Shown here in pieces: positions 25,701 through 37,900 of a stretch of 64,000 bases of DNA. Position numbers and translations under genes: made by a program. Location of the stretch: assembly GCA_903813345.2 (NCBI GenBank), contig CAIIXF020000001.1, forward strand, positions 22,010,001 through 22,074,000. Reading direction: 5' to 3'. The notes beneath the pieces were generated by a model. It searched no databases. It saw only the letters and a list, made by a program, of their open reading frames with translations, and was not told the DNA's origin. The first letter of the stretch is position 1. Each line of letters begins with the position of its first letter. Origin of the DNA: Owenia fusiformis (taxonomy: Eukaryota).

Positions 25701-28700
25701 AATTATTATTCCTGGATAAATACTTTTGCAGCATTTTCGAGTGTAGCTTTATCGAGTCCAATCAATGCATGACCGCCATCTTGAGCCACACAAGCGCCAT
25801 TCATCATTGCCGCATCATCAGAGGCCAAAAACGCGATCAATTTTGCAGTTTCTTCAACCGATCCGACTTTTCTTATCGGTACCACTTTCTCGCAGTTGGA
25901 ATACAGCTCGACTTGTTCCTCTTTAGATAATCCCAAGTTTTTTAAATTGTTAAAGTTTTTCACAAAACCTGGACACACAGCATTTACACGAACCCCCTGA
26001 GCTCCAAACTCAAGCGCTGCACATTTGACAAACATATTCAATCCTGCTTTTACAATGCTATCAAAAGGAGCGATGTCAGTTGCATTTGTAGAATATAAAT
26101 CCGAAGTACAGACGATGTTTCCTCCACTCTGCTTCAGAGCTGGGAAACACAACTGCGACAAATGCATAGGAGCACGAAGCATAACCTTCACCTCCAAATC
26201 AAATGCTTCCATTGGGCCTGTTGTTAAATCATGCGGTTCATAATACCCAGCGTTGCTGACTAAAATATCAATCCTTCCAAATGTTTTAATAGCAGTTTCT
26301 TTGATGTTTGCAAGGGTATTCTCATCCATTACATCCCCTTGGACATAGGGAAACATGGCATTCTCGGTACTGACACTTTTGCATTCAGCGACAGTTTCGT
26401 TAATGCCATTTAAATCTCGCCCATGAACCAGAACACTTGCGCCCTCTTTAGCCAGTAACATTGCAGTAGCTCTACCTATACCACTACTAGATCCAGTAAT
26501 AATCGCGCACTTCCCCGAAATCTCATGATGACTAGATCCCCTTTATTTCATGCACTATACGAGTATATACGAGTGTATTTGCAAAGATGCTCTATATACA
26601 AGTCATTGACATGTAGAAATTCTATTCATCTGACATGAACTTTGAACATGCAATGAATAGACATGGCCAGGTTTAAAATGTTCACTATAAACAGGACTGT
26701 GCAATAATAAATTATATATGTCGTACATTAACGGTCTAGTTTGACACCAACAGACTCATGAATAGAGAAAAAATGTCGGAAGTAAAGTATAATTCATTTC
26801 ATGCCAAATTGAAATCAACGTTTATTGTAAGGTGGATACTGTTTTATATGTACAATCCATGCCATTTAATCTCTGTATTAAAGGTGCAACAATTAGTGCA
26901 AATGGGCCATTCAACGATCAGGGACCAGTGTCAAAATATATTTAAGTTTGGATATTTCATCCAGACTAACATATATTTTTATGATCTACAAAGAAACCCC
27001 AAGGATGAACATTATTTCAGCTGATATTCCACTTGTAACGTCGTGGATCTTAAAACTCTATAAGTGGGACTCCCTTTATAGAAGCTTTGAATTTGCACTT
27101 CTTAATGCTGAAATTGATAGTTTACCCATATATTTTAAGAAAATAGGTATGTCAAAGAGGATGTTAAGCCAAATGTTGCCCTGATAGCTCAGAAAAAATA
27201 AAAAATTTCGAATTTTCTCTCTACAGTCCTTGTTGCCCCTTTAACCATTTGGGAATAAACAAATGACTTTTTGTTGAATGGTCGCCTAAAACACAATTCA
27301 TTACAAAATTGATGAAAATATAAATGGATTGTTACACTAATGATAGATGTGTCTTGATGTGATGGTTGTTACTATAGTAATAGTGCCTTCGAGATTGAAA
27401 TAAATCGCTAGACTTAAATGGTGGAGCTGACGGTTTAAAAACTGAGCAATACACTGTAAGTAACCTTTCGTCTCCTATTTTAGTTCCTCATGTGTTCATG
27501 AATAAAGTTGCCTGCAATGGTAACGAAGATAAGCTCCAAACGTGTGGGCTTGTCAAGTCTGTTGGAACCTGCCTTAAAAGTAAAGATGCATCCGTGTCAT
27601 GTCTGAGAACGCCTATCCGAAGTAAGTATATTGTTATACGAGTATTAAGAAAATTCAAATATTCGATCGATTTGATATTCGAATATTATTGCAACTGAAG
27701 TCCATGTATTGTTATTTACCGATTTTACCTAGAATACATCTTCAAAATTCAATGTTAACGTTGTTTCCCGTAGATAGGGTCAGATTGGTAGGAGGGTCAG
27801 ACTACGCAGGTAGGGTGGAGGTTTACCATAAACACAAATGGGGAACTGTTAAAAGTAGCAACAGACCATTCGGAATCGACCAACATGCTTCAACAAATAA
27901 CTTTGAAAGAGTCATATGCAGACAGCTAGGCCTTACATCAAACTTGGATAGTGCGACGAGGTAGGTTAGTTTAACTTGCTATGTTCAAATAAAGGCGAGG
28001 GCCATCGCGATTATTACTTTTATGTATCATCAATGTTGTCGCTGTGATCAATGTAATGTTGCCAGCATTTGCCTTGAATTTCAAGGTACCTCGGATCACC
28101 ATTTGGTTATGGATCAGCCAGATCACTACCATACATCAAATGTTTTGGAAATGAGTCATCGGTTGAAGATTGTGTGCTTGAATGGTCCTCTAATCGTTAT
28201 TGGCGTGCCCCAGGGTGGTTCCATTTATCAGATGCATCTTTGTCGTGCAAACCGCAACCGCTAGAAGGTATGATACCAAATGTGGCTTTATTTGCCAGAA
28301 CAGCGTTATTCTTGGTCAAATTAATATTGAAAAGGTCATTGGTGTCTCTGAATTCCCATGGCACAGGGTATACTATCTATGTGACGTAAATTAATAAAGC
28401 TTTCTATTTCATAAAATTAGTGAGACTCGCTGATGGTGCCAAAAAGTCTCAAGGTCGTCTTGAGGTTAACTTCAATGGTATTTGGGGAACCGTTTGTGAT
28501 GATCTAGTAACAGTTTCTGATGCTAGAGTCGTATGTAAGATGCTTGGGTACAACGACAACAGAGGTATTGTCGTACCAAGGGGAACTTTCCCTCCAGGTA
28601 AACAAAAAGCATCAATTCATTTATCATGTTACTTACTTTCTAAAAATCACAATTTCCCCTTCATTTAAATCCAATGCATATTTTGTACAATCCCAAGTGA

Positions 28701-31700
28701 CCTAGAAGGTCTTGGTAGATATCAGAATAAATTATTTTACCTCAATAGCTTTATAATTAATTGAGCCTGTTACCCGTTGACAATATTTTAGTCTAGCTAC
28801 AAGTCTTTGTGGTCCTCCCCTACACACCTCCCCTCTGTATGAGTTTCATACATTTGAAGTCAAATAATGGGAGGGGGGTTAACAGGGGCTTGTAGCTAGA
28901 CTAACAATCTTTTAGGAGATGGAATTCGAACATGGCTCTCAGCGATGAGATGTAAAGGATCTGAGACGATTATTGATACATGCGACAGAAATAAGATATT
29001 GCAAAAGTTTGGGAAGAAATGGGAATGTGGACATTCAGAGGATGTTGGAATAGACTGCGACCCTCCAATATCATCAGGTGAGGATCATTTGTAGATTAAA
29101 CGAACGCAAAACATAACTGATAAATGAATCAAATCAATATTCTTAATTTGAAAAAGTTATCTTAAGAATAAACACTAACCAAATGTTTTTTTCATTAGGA
29201 ATTTAAATTATCATAAAACGTGTTACTTTACATATTATAAATACTTTAACACGCGGTACTAACTTCGACCGTTAATTTGAATTTTTGACCTACCGGATGT
29301 TTGAAAGTCAAGGATTACGGGTCTCGTACAGCACCGTTTTTCTTCAAACTTTCCATTCAAAGCATAACAAAAATCCCTTTCTGTTGGTACATTATTCTCT
29401 TAAACAGAGTCCCTACTTCCAGCGGCATTTTGGTCCCCAGCTGTAAGAAGGCCTTCTAACAGCTGGGGACCAAAACGCTGCTAGAACGAGAGACTCTTTA
29501 CAGTAAAGTAATGCACCGACAGAAAGGCAATTTTGTTTTGCTTTTAATGGTATAAGTTTCAAGAAGAACGGTACAGTATGAGACTTGCAATCCTTCATTT
29601 TCGAGCATCTGGTAGGTCAAAAATTCAAATTAACGGTCGAAGTTAGGACCGCGTGTTTAAGGCCCCTACTAAATAATTTATGTTATCAGAGTTATGGAGG
29701 CTTTCCGGTGCGGGAGAAGGCGTCGGTGTGGTGCAGTACAACTATAATCTTACTGGCTTATGGGGAGTAATTACAATATTCGATGTTAATATAAAAAAGG
29801 CACTCGCCCCGCTAATTTGCGATCATTTCGGGTACGATCCCGAAAATGCAAAATCACTGCGAGATTTTGACTACTACGACTCTAGTAAAGGTCTTCCCGT
29901 TATTTCAAACAAAATCAGTTGTCCAACCCCAACGACTTCACTGCGTGATTGCAATGTCTCTCTTCTTCCACAACCCTCATTCTCATCACCACATAGGAAC
30001 ATGCTCATCGTATCATGTATACCAGAGGACACAGGAAGTAAGTCACAATAACCAACATTCAAACGTCTTCTTCGATTTACACTATTTGCGCAAATACCAA
30101 TTTGAAAGCAATATTGAAATGTCAATCTTTGAATAAAATAGGTCAATATTTTGAAATAGTCAGGCTAACCAGTTGGAGCAAAATGATATTCCGAAAATGT
30201 ACATCGACAACCATATACATGTGAATGTTTCAGTTCGACTAGTTGGTGGTAAAGATGACACGGAAGGGATGGTGCAAGTTAGGGGAAAGGGTATGTGGGT
30301 AGGCATGGGAGAAACAGTATCCAGTCAATTCAACGACAATCATGCAGCTGTTGTTTGTCGACAATTGGGCTTCAAAGATACGTCAGAGGCAACGTCTTTA
30401 ACAGGTAATCGCCTTTTACATTCAACAGAGAATATAGAACACAAATATGCAAAAAATATGGAGCCAATTATGAACATAAAAACAAACCCTGAACACCCAA
30501 AGCACGAACCAAAGTACAATGAATCAGCGCATTGCCGTTCATGTAGGTTTCATTTTGGATTTTCAGAAGCCTACTTTTCTAAAATGGATGTTTCAAACCC
30601 GATTGCGTTGCGAATTAACGATAGAAATTGTCCGTTGGAGACAAATAAAGACATTATGAGCTGTATATATTCTGCGTGGTTTATCAATACATTTCCACCG
30701 GTGGAGCCTGCCGCCGTATCTTGTGTTAAACCAGCACGTGGTAAGTGAACATTGAATTCAGTCATTTACATTAATGAATTATATAACGGTTCTCATCTCT
30801 AGTTTTTGTGTCACCACCGAAAGTGCCAACACATTGTTAGTTGTTACAGTCTCCAACTTTTTTGTGTTCGACAGTCTGCGTTCGGCGCCGGTCGGCGCCT
30901 CAGTACAAACTCTTACAACTTCCAATAACCATTGCTGGTAAGTCACCAATCGTTACATAGGCCTACTTTATATAGACTCTTCGTTTAGAAACAATAAGAC
31001 TCAGTGGAGGATCTCATTCATACGGCAGATTGGAAGTGTTGTACAAAGGAGAGTGGGGGACAGTTTGTGCTGCTGACTGGAGAGAACGGCAGTCCATTGT
31101 TGCATGTAGACAACTGGGCTTTGGGAGCGCGTTCGCCCAACAAATACAATCTGGTATGTCTTTCTTTAGTAAAGAACAGATCGGGAGCGAATTCAGCTGG
31201 AATCAGCATCCTCCGAAAGCAGGGCTCCAGATATCATCCCCCGGGGTATCATCCACTATTGTTCCTCATTCATCCAGGGATTCAGGTCAATACTTCCTTT
31301 TTTGTGGAGAGAAAAAAAGAACAAAGTGGATGAAGTCTGATGATGTCTGGACCCCATACGTTCGGAGAATGGAATATCAGTCTTAAAACTATGACACTGT
31401 CCATACCTGCTATGATAAAAGTAGGGAGAGATTCATAAAAAAGTGTTACACACAAACATGAAGTCGTGTCCCATGGTCCATTGGGAGGAGCATTTATTCG
31501 AAATTTTTGCCCAATTAATCATTTCTTCGTGGCTTCAATAATATAACAACTTCTTCAGTGAGTGGCAAAAGCTTAACAGCAAATTGATATCCATTTTATA
31601 TTTCTTGATCATTAGTCAAGTCATGTCTTATTGTAATTTCATTTCCAATGCAGGAACGTCAACAAAAGAAAATGTTCCTGAAAGGATTTGGTTGTATGAC

Positions 31701-33254
31701 GTTGATTGTACTGGGGAAGAGAAAAGACTGGAAGGATGTCGACATAACGGTTGGGGTTGTGCTCCTTGTGAGCATGCGGAAGATGTTGAGATTACATGCG
31801 AAGAAGTTCTGGAAGAAGGTACGAAATATACACATTGTACAATAATATTAACAGTGTGATGATGGGTGATGTTATATTTCTCCCAATACCTTCCTCTTTC
31901 TGATTCACGCGTACGATACTGAGTTGTCCAACTCCTAAACAGTGTCTGATTTCTCTAAATCCAACGTTTTTTTTATATTAGTTCGTCTTGTGGATGGAAT
32001 CGGTCCCTACACTGGTCGGTTGGAGGTAAAACATATGGGTGAATGGAAGTCTGTGTGCTCCTACAATGGATGGGATAATAAACTTGATTCTAAAACTGTA
32101 TGCAATCAACTAGGCTATACAACTGATGATCCAAACTTTATTTACGCTGCGCACAACGGTTGGTTTATAAAATGGAGAAATGGGTACCATTATTATCGTG
32201 AATCATTAAAAGATGTTCAAATATTACATTTCGAAGAATCTGAATTCACATTCACAGTGAACGAAAATGTCACAGTTTCAGATTTATTATTTCAGAAAAG
32301 ATCCGCATGGGAACTGATGAAGAATTTTCCATGGTGAGGAGCAGGGTAACTTGCGACGGGACTGAGGACAACCTCGGACGATGCAGTCATCTACATGGAT
32401 TCCTTTCTTTTGTCGAAGTTACTCCCTCCAGTCTCGGCAGTGCTTTGTATAATTGGTGCGTTCACGAAGACAACTCTGTGTGGATCTACTGCCCAACTGA
32501 GACACCACGTATGTTCCTTATTGTACTAACATGATTGAATTTAAACATCCATCTCATGTGAGAGGACCTCGTTCAGCAGTCCAAGGTGCAGATGCAAAAG
32601 TGCCAGAATCATGAAATCGTCTTTAGCCGAAGAGGGACAACGTATATTTGGATCTTTGGTACACCGAGATGTTTTATTTTTGATCAGACACAAAGGCCTA
32701 TATACCGATACATATTTCCCTTTCATCTTACAGTTGTAAATCCGACGGCTGAGTCCTGTAGCGATGGTTGGTTCCTTGAGAATATTGTGACTGATAAAAT
32801 GGTTTGCGCAAAGAAAATAATCATGGAAGATTGTTCTGTAAGTTAATCAATTGAGCCAATGTATGGACGAAATTGAATCGACCATTTGTTTCTAACTGAA
32901 ATACTAGACCAATCATGGGCGTAGCCAGGGAAGGGGGAGGGGGTACAGTGGGTGCTACCCTTCCCCCACAAAAAAGTAATTTTAGTATGTCCCCGACTAA
33001 CTGTCAAGCGTGACATATTCATCACATTGTGATTGTGTCTATCCATATCAAGTATTCTAATTTATTTTACCAACCAGGCAGCTGGACGCCTCACAGGTTA
33101 TCCACTCATGTGTGAAGATGACGCAGGGAACATATCTATGACGGGGTTGAAAAGTGTTGACGGCTGTCCAACAGGTTTTGTGACAACATACGATACGTTT
33201 GATGAAAGCGATATAGACTGGATGAATGATGTTATGTCAGCATATGGAGATTAG
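22731..33254 (+). CDS. Secreted 8xSRCR protein with C-terminal partial trypsin-like module, copy 1 (~1077 aa, 20 exons)
   Basis: Exons 22731-22738, 22886-22965, 23669-23868, 24036-24156, 24618-24713, 25260-25448, 27484-27621, 27774-27960, 28086-28267, 28421-28597, 28916-29077, 29690-30037, 30234-30404, 30567-30740, 30989-31153, 31654-31818, 31982-32158, 32296-32508, 32734-32837, 33078-33254 sum to 3234 nt in frame. Signal peptide [30 protein letters not shown] motifs RLVxG..GRVE..WGT(I/V)CDD..A.VVC.QLG and C.H.EDV...C. No TM segment seen. Exons 1-2 are less certain. Confidence 0.88.
24243..24435. mobile_element. pogo/Tigger-type MITE
   Basis: TA-CAGTGAAACCT ... AGGCTTTTACTG-TA. Confidence 0.6.
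24786..24883. mobile_element. ~100-bp TAG..CTA element (AcademH-like non-autonomous)
   Basis: TAGTCTAGCCACAAG / CTTGAAGCAAGACTA; degenerate 9-bp flanking repeat; related to 28789-28903 and ~43743-43831. Confidence 0.55.
25706..26526 (-). pseudogene. Intronless short-chain dehydrogenase/reductase (FabG-like classical SDR) nested in SRCR copy 1 intron; possibly pseudogenised
   Basis: [13 protein letters not shown] (TGxxxGxG), [29 protein letters not shown] and DGG motifs. ATG at 26526 (MRF..GK) is one base out of frame with the rest. The YxxxK position reads DSIVK. Lies within intron 25449-27483. Confidence 0.75.
26882..27240. mobile_element. Kolobok-like MITE with TTAA TSD
   Basis: TTAA-AGGTGCAACAA ... 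TTGTTGCCCCT-TTAA. Confidence 0.7.
28789..28903. mobile_element. 115-bp TAG..CTA element (AcademH-like non-autonomous)
   Basis: 15-bp perfect TIR TAGTCTAGCTACAAG; TSD ACAATATTT / ACAATCTTT (8 of 9). Confidence 0.75.
29250..29655. mobile_element. piggyBac-like MITE with ~95-bp TIRs
   Basis: TTAA-CACGCGGTACTAACTTCGACCGTTAATTTGAATTTTTGACCTACC... mirrored, ending GACCGCGTG-TTTAA. Confidence 0.75.
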
Positions 33255-33358
33255 AGAAACGTTTAGAAAAATATAACTTTATAAAAGTTTTTGCAAACCT
33301 CTCTTTTTGTACAGTTATATTCCATAGAAATACATACAAAGAACTCCAGACACGAGCT

Positions 33359-34069
33359 CACCCTATGCAGACAGAGCATGTGGGAAATATTGGGTGCGGA
33401 GCAAATGAGCGGAGGGTGCGGAGCTAACGGTTATTTTTGAATTTAAATTTGGGATATTTCTGAAACTAAGCCGTTTTGGGACTTCAAATATACCAAGATA
33501 TGTGTATTTGACACCAAATATCAATACAATTGTGAAAATAGTAGCGCAGTTCATTCTATAGCGACGCAGTGTGCCTTAAACCTTTCCCAGACCTATATAT
33601 TTTGAAATTATCCTTTTAATACTGAGTCCCCAGCATTCATAAAAAATGGTGTTCAAGGTGCACTATCTATACAAATTATTTTTGCATCTTGGAAGCCAGG
33701 CAGTATCTGTGTGATTTTATAAAAATTCTGAAATTTTTTCAGATATGAGCCCCCTCTAAATATTGGGTGCGGAGCAGCTCCACAAACGTAGCTCCGCACC
33801 CAATATTTAGAGGGGGCTCATATCTGAAGAACATTTCCGAATTTTTATAAAATCACACAGATACTGCCTGGCTTCCAAGATGCAAAAATAATTTGCATGG
33901 GTAGTGTATCTTGAACACCATTTTTATGAATGCTGGGGACGCAGTATTAAAAGGATAGTCTCAAAATATATAGGTCTGGGAAATGTTTAAGGCATACTGC
34001 GTCGCTCCGCACCCTCCGCTCATTTGCGCCGCACCCAATATTTCCCACAGGCTCTGTCTGCATAGGGTG
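33359..34069. mobile_element. Foldback MITE with CAC termini and 5-bp TSD (Transib-like)
   Basis: CACCCTATGCAGACAGAG / CTCTGTCTGCATAGGGTG; TSD GAGCT; almost wholly palindromic about ~33780, with the left arm ~130 bp longer. Confidence 0.88.
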
Positions 34070-34127
34070 GAGCTAAAACGAGACGAATAATGGATATAAC
34101 GCAAGAAAACTTGCAGAATATATAAAA

Positions 34128-34501
34128 TGGCTGGCCATCTGAATGTATCGTCATACTTTTAAGCCCTCAAAATTGATTTTACACCGTTAAAAATCACTTT
34201 GTATGCCGTCGAAAACGATTTCATACGCAGTTGAGAATAACTTTGTACGGCGTCAATATCAATTTTGAAAGGCGTCGAAAATAATTTTGTACAAACAATC
34301 GAAGCAATGATTTCAAACTTGGCTGCCATCCAAGACGTAATTTACGTGTCACATACAATTTTTGACGTGGTTCAAAATCATTTTTGACGGCGTGCAAAAT
34401 CATTTTTGACGCGGTAACTCAACCGCGTAATTGTCGTTTTTGATTGGATTATACGTGCGGTGTTAAAAGTATGACAATAGTTTCGTCCAGATGGCCAACC
34501 A
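34128..34501. mobile_element. TIR element with internal ~22-bp tandem repeats
   Basis: TGGCTGGCCATCTG..TGTATCGTCATACTTTTAA / TTAAAAGTATGAC..CAGATGGCCAACCA; internal AAAATCATTTTTGACGGCGT-like units. Confidence 0.6.
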
Positions 34502-34944
34502 TATATATCACTCATATTTACGACCTTACATGATTATTATCATGATGATATGGTTGAAAATATGGCCAGGTTTCCAGGACAAAAAGCAGCTGATAAATAC
34601 CGCGATTCATTTATACAATAAGTGAGCTGATATCATGAATGTGACCTTTTCTAATTCCATAAAATGACTATGAGGCTCATGGAGCCTGGAAATATCATGT
34701 AGAGCTTATTTTTATTTCAAATATAACATACTAGACAAATAACAATTTTATGCTAAACGGTATTGATTTCACTTAAAGTAATGAGTTCATAACCTGATAA
34801 TCATTATCTTGTAAAATAGAAACTGACGATTTTGGATATGTAAAGCAGGCATGTAATCAAACCTTTGTACACAGCCAACCCACCTCCATATGGAACCCAT
34901 GCCGCTATCCACGTGATATCCGCGTAAAAAAGTTGACTTATCTT

Positions 34945-37900
34945 TCTTTCTTTTTTTTTTTATAATAATAATAATAATAATAATAAGATTTTATTTCATA
35001 TAAGGCCTCTGGCCCATTGTGTACATAGTATATTTACAATAGTGTAATATTGGTTGCTTCAATAATTAATAGTGATAACTTCTTTAGGAGGATAGCATTT
35101 TTTGTTTTCATCAATTGGATGAATTGATCTGTGCTATAGTTTTCTACAAAGGTAATGTCAAGACTTAATCTAATATTATGGTATCTAGGACACTTACACA
35201 TTACATGGTACTCATCCTCTATTATTATGGTACAATATTTACACATTCTATTGTCTCTTACAATATTACGGTGTCTTCCCGTTTCAATTTCAAAACAGTG
35301 GTTCGAAACTCTAAATTTTGCTAGAGCTTTAATACATCTATATTCTAAATTACATAATAAATAAAATTCAGGCTCTAAAATATTTTTAAATTGCATATAT
35401 GTATATAATTTGGGGCTTTCCCTGAGTTTCCCTAGCCAAGCTTGGCTGTACATATCCTGAAGTCTTTGCTTAAATATAAAAATAAAATATAATTGGTTCC
35501 CTACACTTTGCTCAAACCATGCATGTCCAAATCCCAGTGAAAAAAGCAAATATTTGATTTTTGATGCCCGAGTTGTTTTTCCCGATTGATCTAGTTGATA
35601 AAGCATTGTATAGCATGATTTAGGATGTCTATGATTAGGCATTTCTGTTAATTTTATCCAGTATTTTATGGTTTTAAGCATATAAGTGGTACAAAGTGGA
35701 AGTCTGCCACATTCGCCTAATGCTGCTGCATCATTTGATTGTGGTCCCACACCTATAAAATATTTACAAAACTGAGCTTGTGTACATTCAATTACATTAC
35801 ACCATTCATATCCCCACATCTCTGAACCATAGCACAAGATGGGTGTTACCATGGCATCAAACAGAGAGAACATAAGTTTAAGTGGTATTCTTCCACACTT
35901 TTGGTTAAGTTGTTTGAGTAAAATAATAGATTTCTTTGCTTGTGAAGCAAGCTGACTTTTAGCTGGAGACCAGGAGAGTCTTGTGGAAAATAGTATACCT
36001 AGATATTTATAATATGATATTTGTTCTATCTCTGCTCCTTCAAAATAAAATTTTTCATTTTGCCTGAGGGGACCACCATTCCTGAACACCATCACATTTG
36101 TTTTGGATAAATTTACTTTCATTCCCCATTTACGTGAAAAGCTACCTAAGGTATCAAGTTGTTTTTGCACATTTGGTACAGTGTTACCTATACAATTTAA
36201 GTCATCCACATAACACAATGCCATTATATTAGGGGAACCTTCTACAATATGGATTCCTTGGCAGTTTTGTTCCCTCAGCATGTTAAAAAATGAGTTTACA
36301 TACATAATGAACCACGTTGGGCTGAGTGAATCTCCTTGAAATATACCCTTTGTACATGGAAAAAAAATTGTAATTCCTTTTACATGTTTAATAGTATGGA
36401 TATCTTGCTCTATATTTACATTTATCTCGCATTTAACACAGCATTGAAGTTTACTGTACATCGATTGATATAGTTTTAACACGTTACCATGGATACCTGT
36501 AGTCATCATTTTATAAAATAGGTGGCGGTGGGGTATATTATCAAACGCTTTTGAGAAATCAATTAAAATACAATAGAACCTTCCACCTGGTGTTGACAAA
36601 TGTTTCTGGGTCATTGCTGATAAAGTGAAAATATTATCAATTGTACTGTACCCTGGTCTCGATCCCGCTTGGGATTCATCTATAACGCTGTTACCTTTAC
36701 TCCAATTTAACATCCTTATATTGAATATTGAATTAAACATCTTTGCTAAGGTCTCAAGAAGTGAAATACCTCGAAAATTTGAACATATATAGGTTCCCTT
36801 TTTATGAATAGGGCATATTATTGCTTTGCACCAGTCATCAGGGTAAATCCCTGACTTTAAAATCGCATTATACAGTTCCACCAATTTAGGGGTAATGATG
36901 TCCTTTGTATGTACAATAAATTCATTTAAGAATCCACTCAGTCCGTGTGCTTTGTCATGTTTTAGTTTATTTATACAGAATGTAACTTCCTCCGTTGAAA
37001 TTGGATCATTTAATATATCTGGGTCATTATTATCACATTCAATACACAGGTTGTCATGGAGTTGCATGGTATGATCTATCCGTATTTTAAATTCCTGGTC
37101 AATATTTACAGTTTCATCATTCAGTAGTGAATTGAAATAGTCTTTCCAATCATTAGGGTCAATATTGATATTAGGTTGTTTCTTTCTTAACAATTGTTTG
37201 ATTGTCGCCCATTTATTGTTACGGTCTTGTATTAGTCCACACATCTTTGCTTTCAGTTTGTTCTTCTTAAGTTTAACTGATGTCTTGAATTGATTCCTGT
37301 ATGTTGTATATTGTTCGTAATCGGTTTGGTTGCGTGTTGTCCTGAAAATGTTCAATTGGCGGTATTTCTTGGCTTTCAGTTCCTGTAGTTCATTATCCCA
37401 CCATTCTGGTTGTTGGGGTTTGTTTTTTGCCCGTTTGCTCGATGATTTTTGTTTCATGCTTGCACCTGCTCTTGTGTATATATTGTTCAGGACATTTATA
37501 CTTTCATTGATGTTGCCATCATTTATCAGATGTGAAAAGTTCTGCAGGAGAGCTTTTGTTTCATCATCACACATTGTTCTCTGAAATGTTGGTTCTTTAT
37601 CATGTTTCCATTTATAGGAATCGGTTTTTATTATTTGCGGGTTTCGGTTAATGTCTTGTTGCTGTTCATGGAGGATATTAATGTTTAACTGCAGGAGTGT
37701 TGGGTAATGGTCAGATTCGTCAATTGTTAGTACAGAAAAATTTTCAATTTTATCAAATAATGAATCTGGTGCTAATGTGAGATCTACTTGGCTGAGTCCA
37801 TCATTTGATATACATGTGAATTCTCCTTCTGGGTCACCCTTTGTTCTTCCATTTACGATGTGAATGCCAAATGTTTTACATATATCAATAAGAGATCTGC

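Noticed and set aside
32914-32970. CATGGGCGTAGCCAGG end of the 5-bp-TSD MITE family
   Set aside because: Only one terminus, with no matching end or TSD; not listed as an element.
33359-34069. RAG recombination-signal-like termini in the CAC-ended elements
   Set aside because: No CACAGTG heptamer plus nonamer at 12/23 spacing and no RAG1/2-like coding sequence in the window; only a generic Transib-like call is supported.
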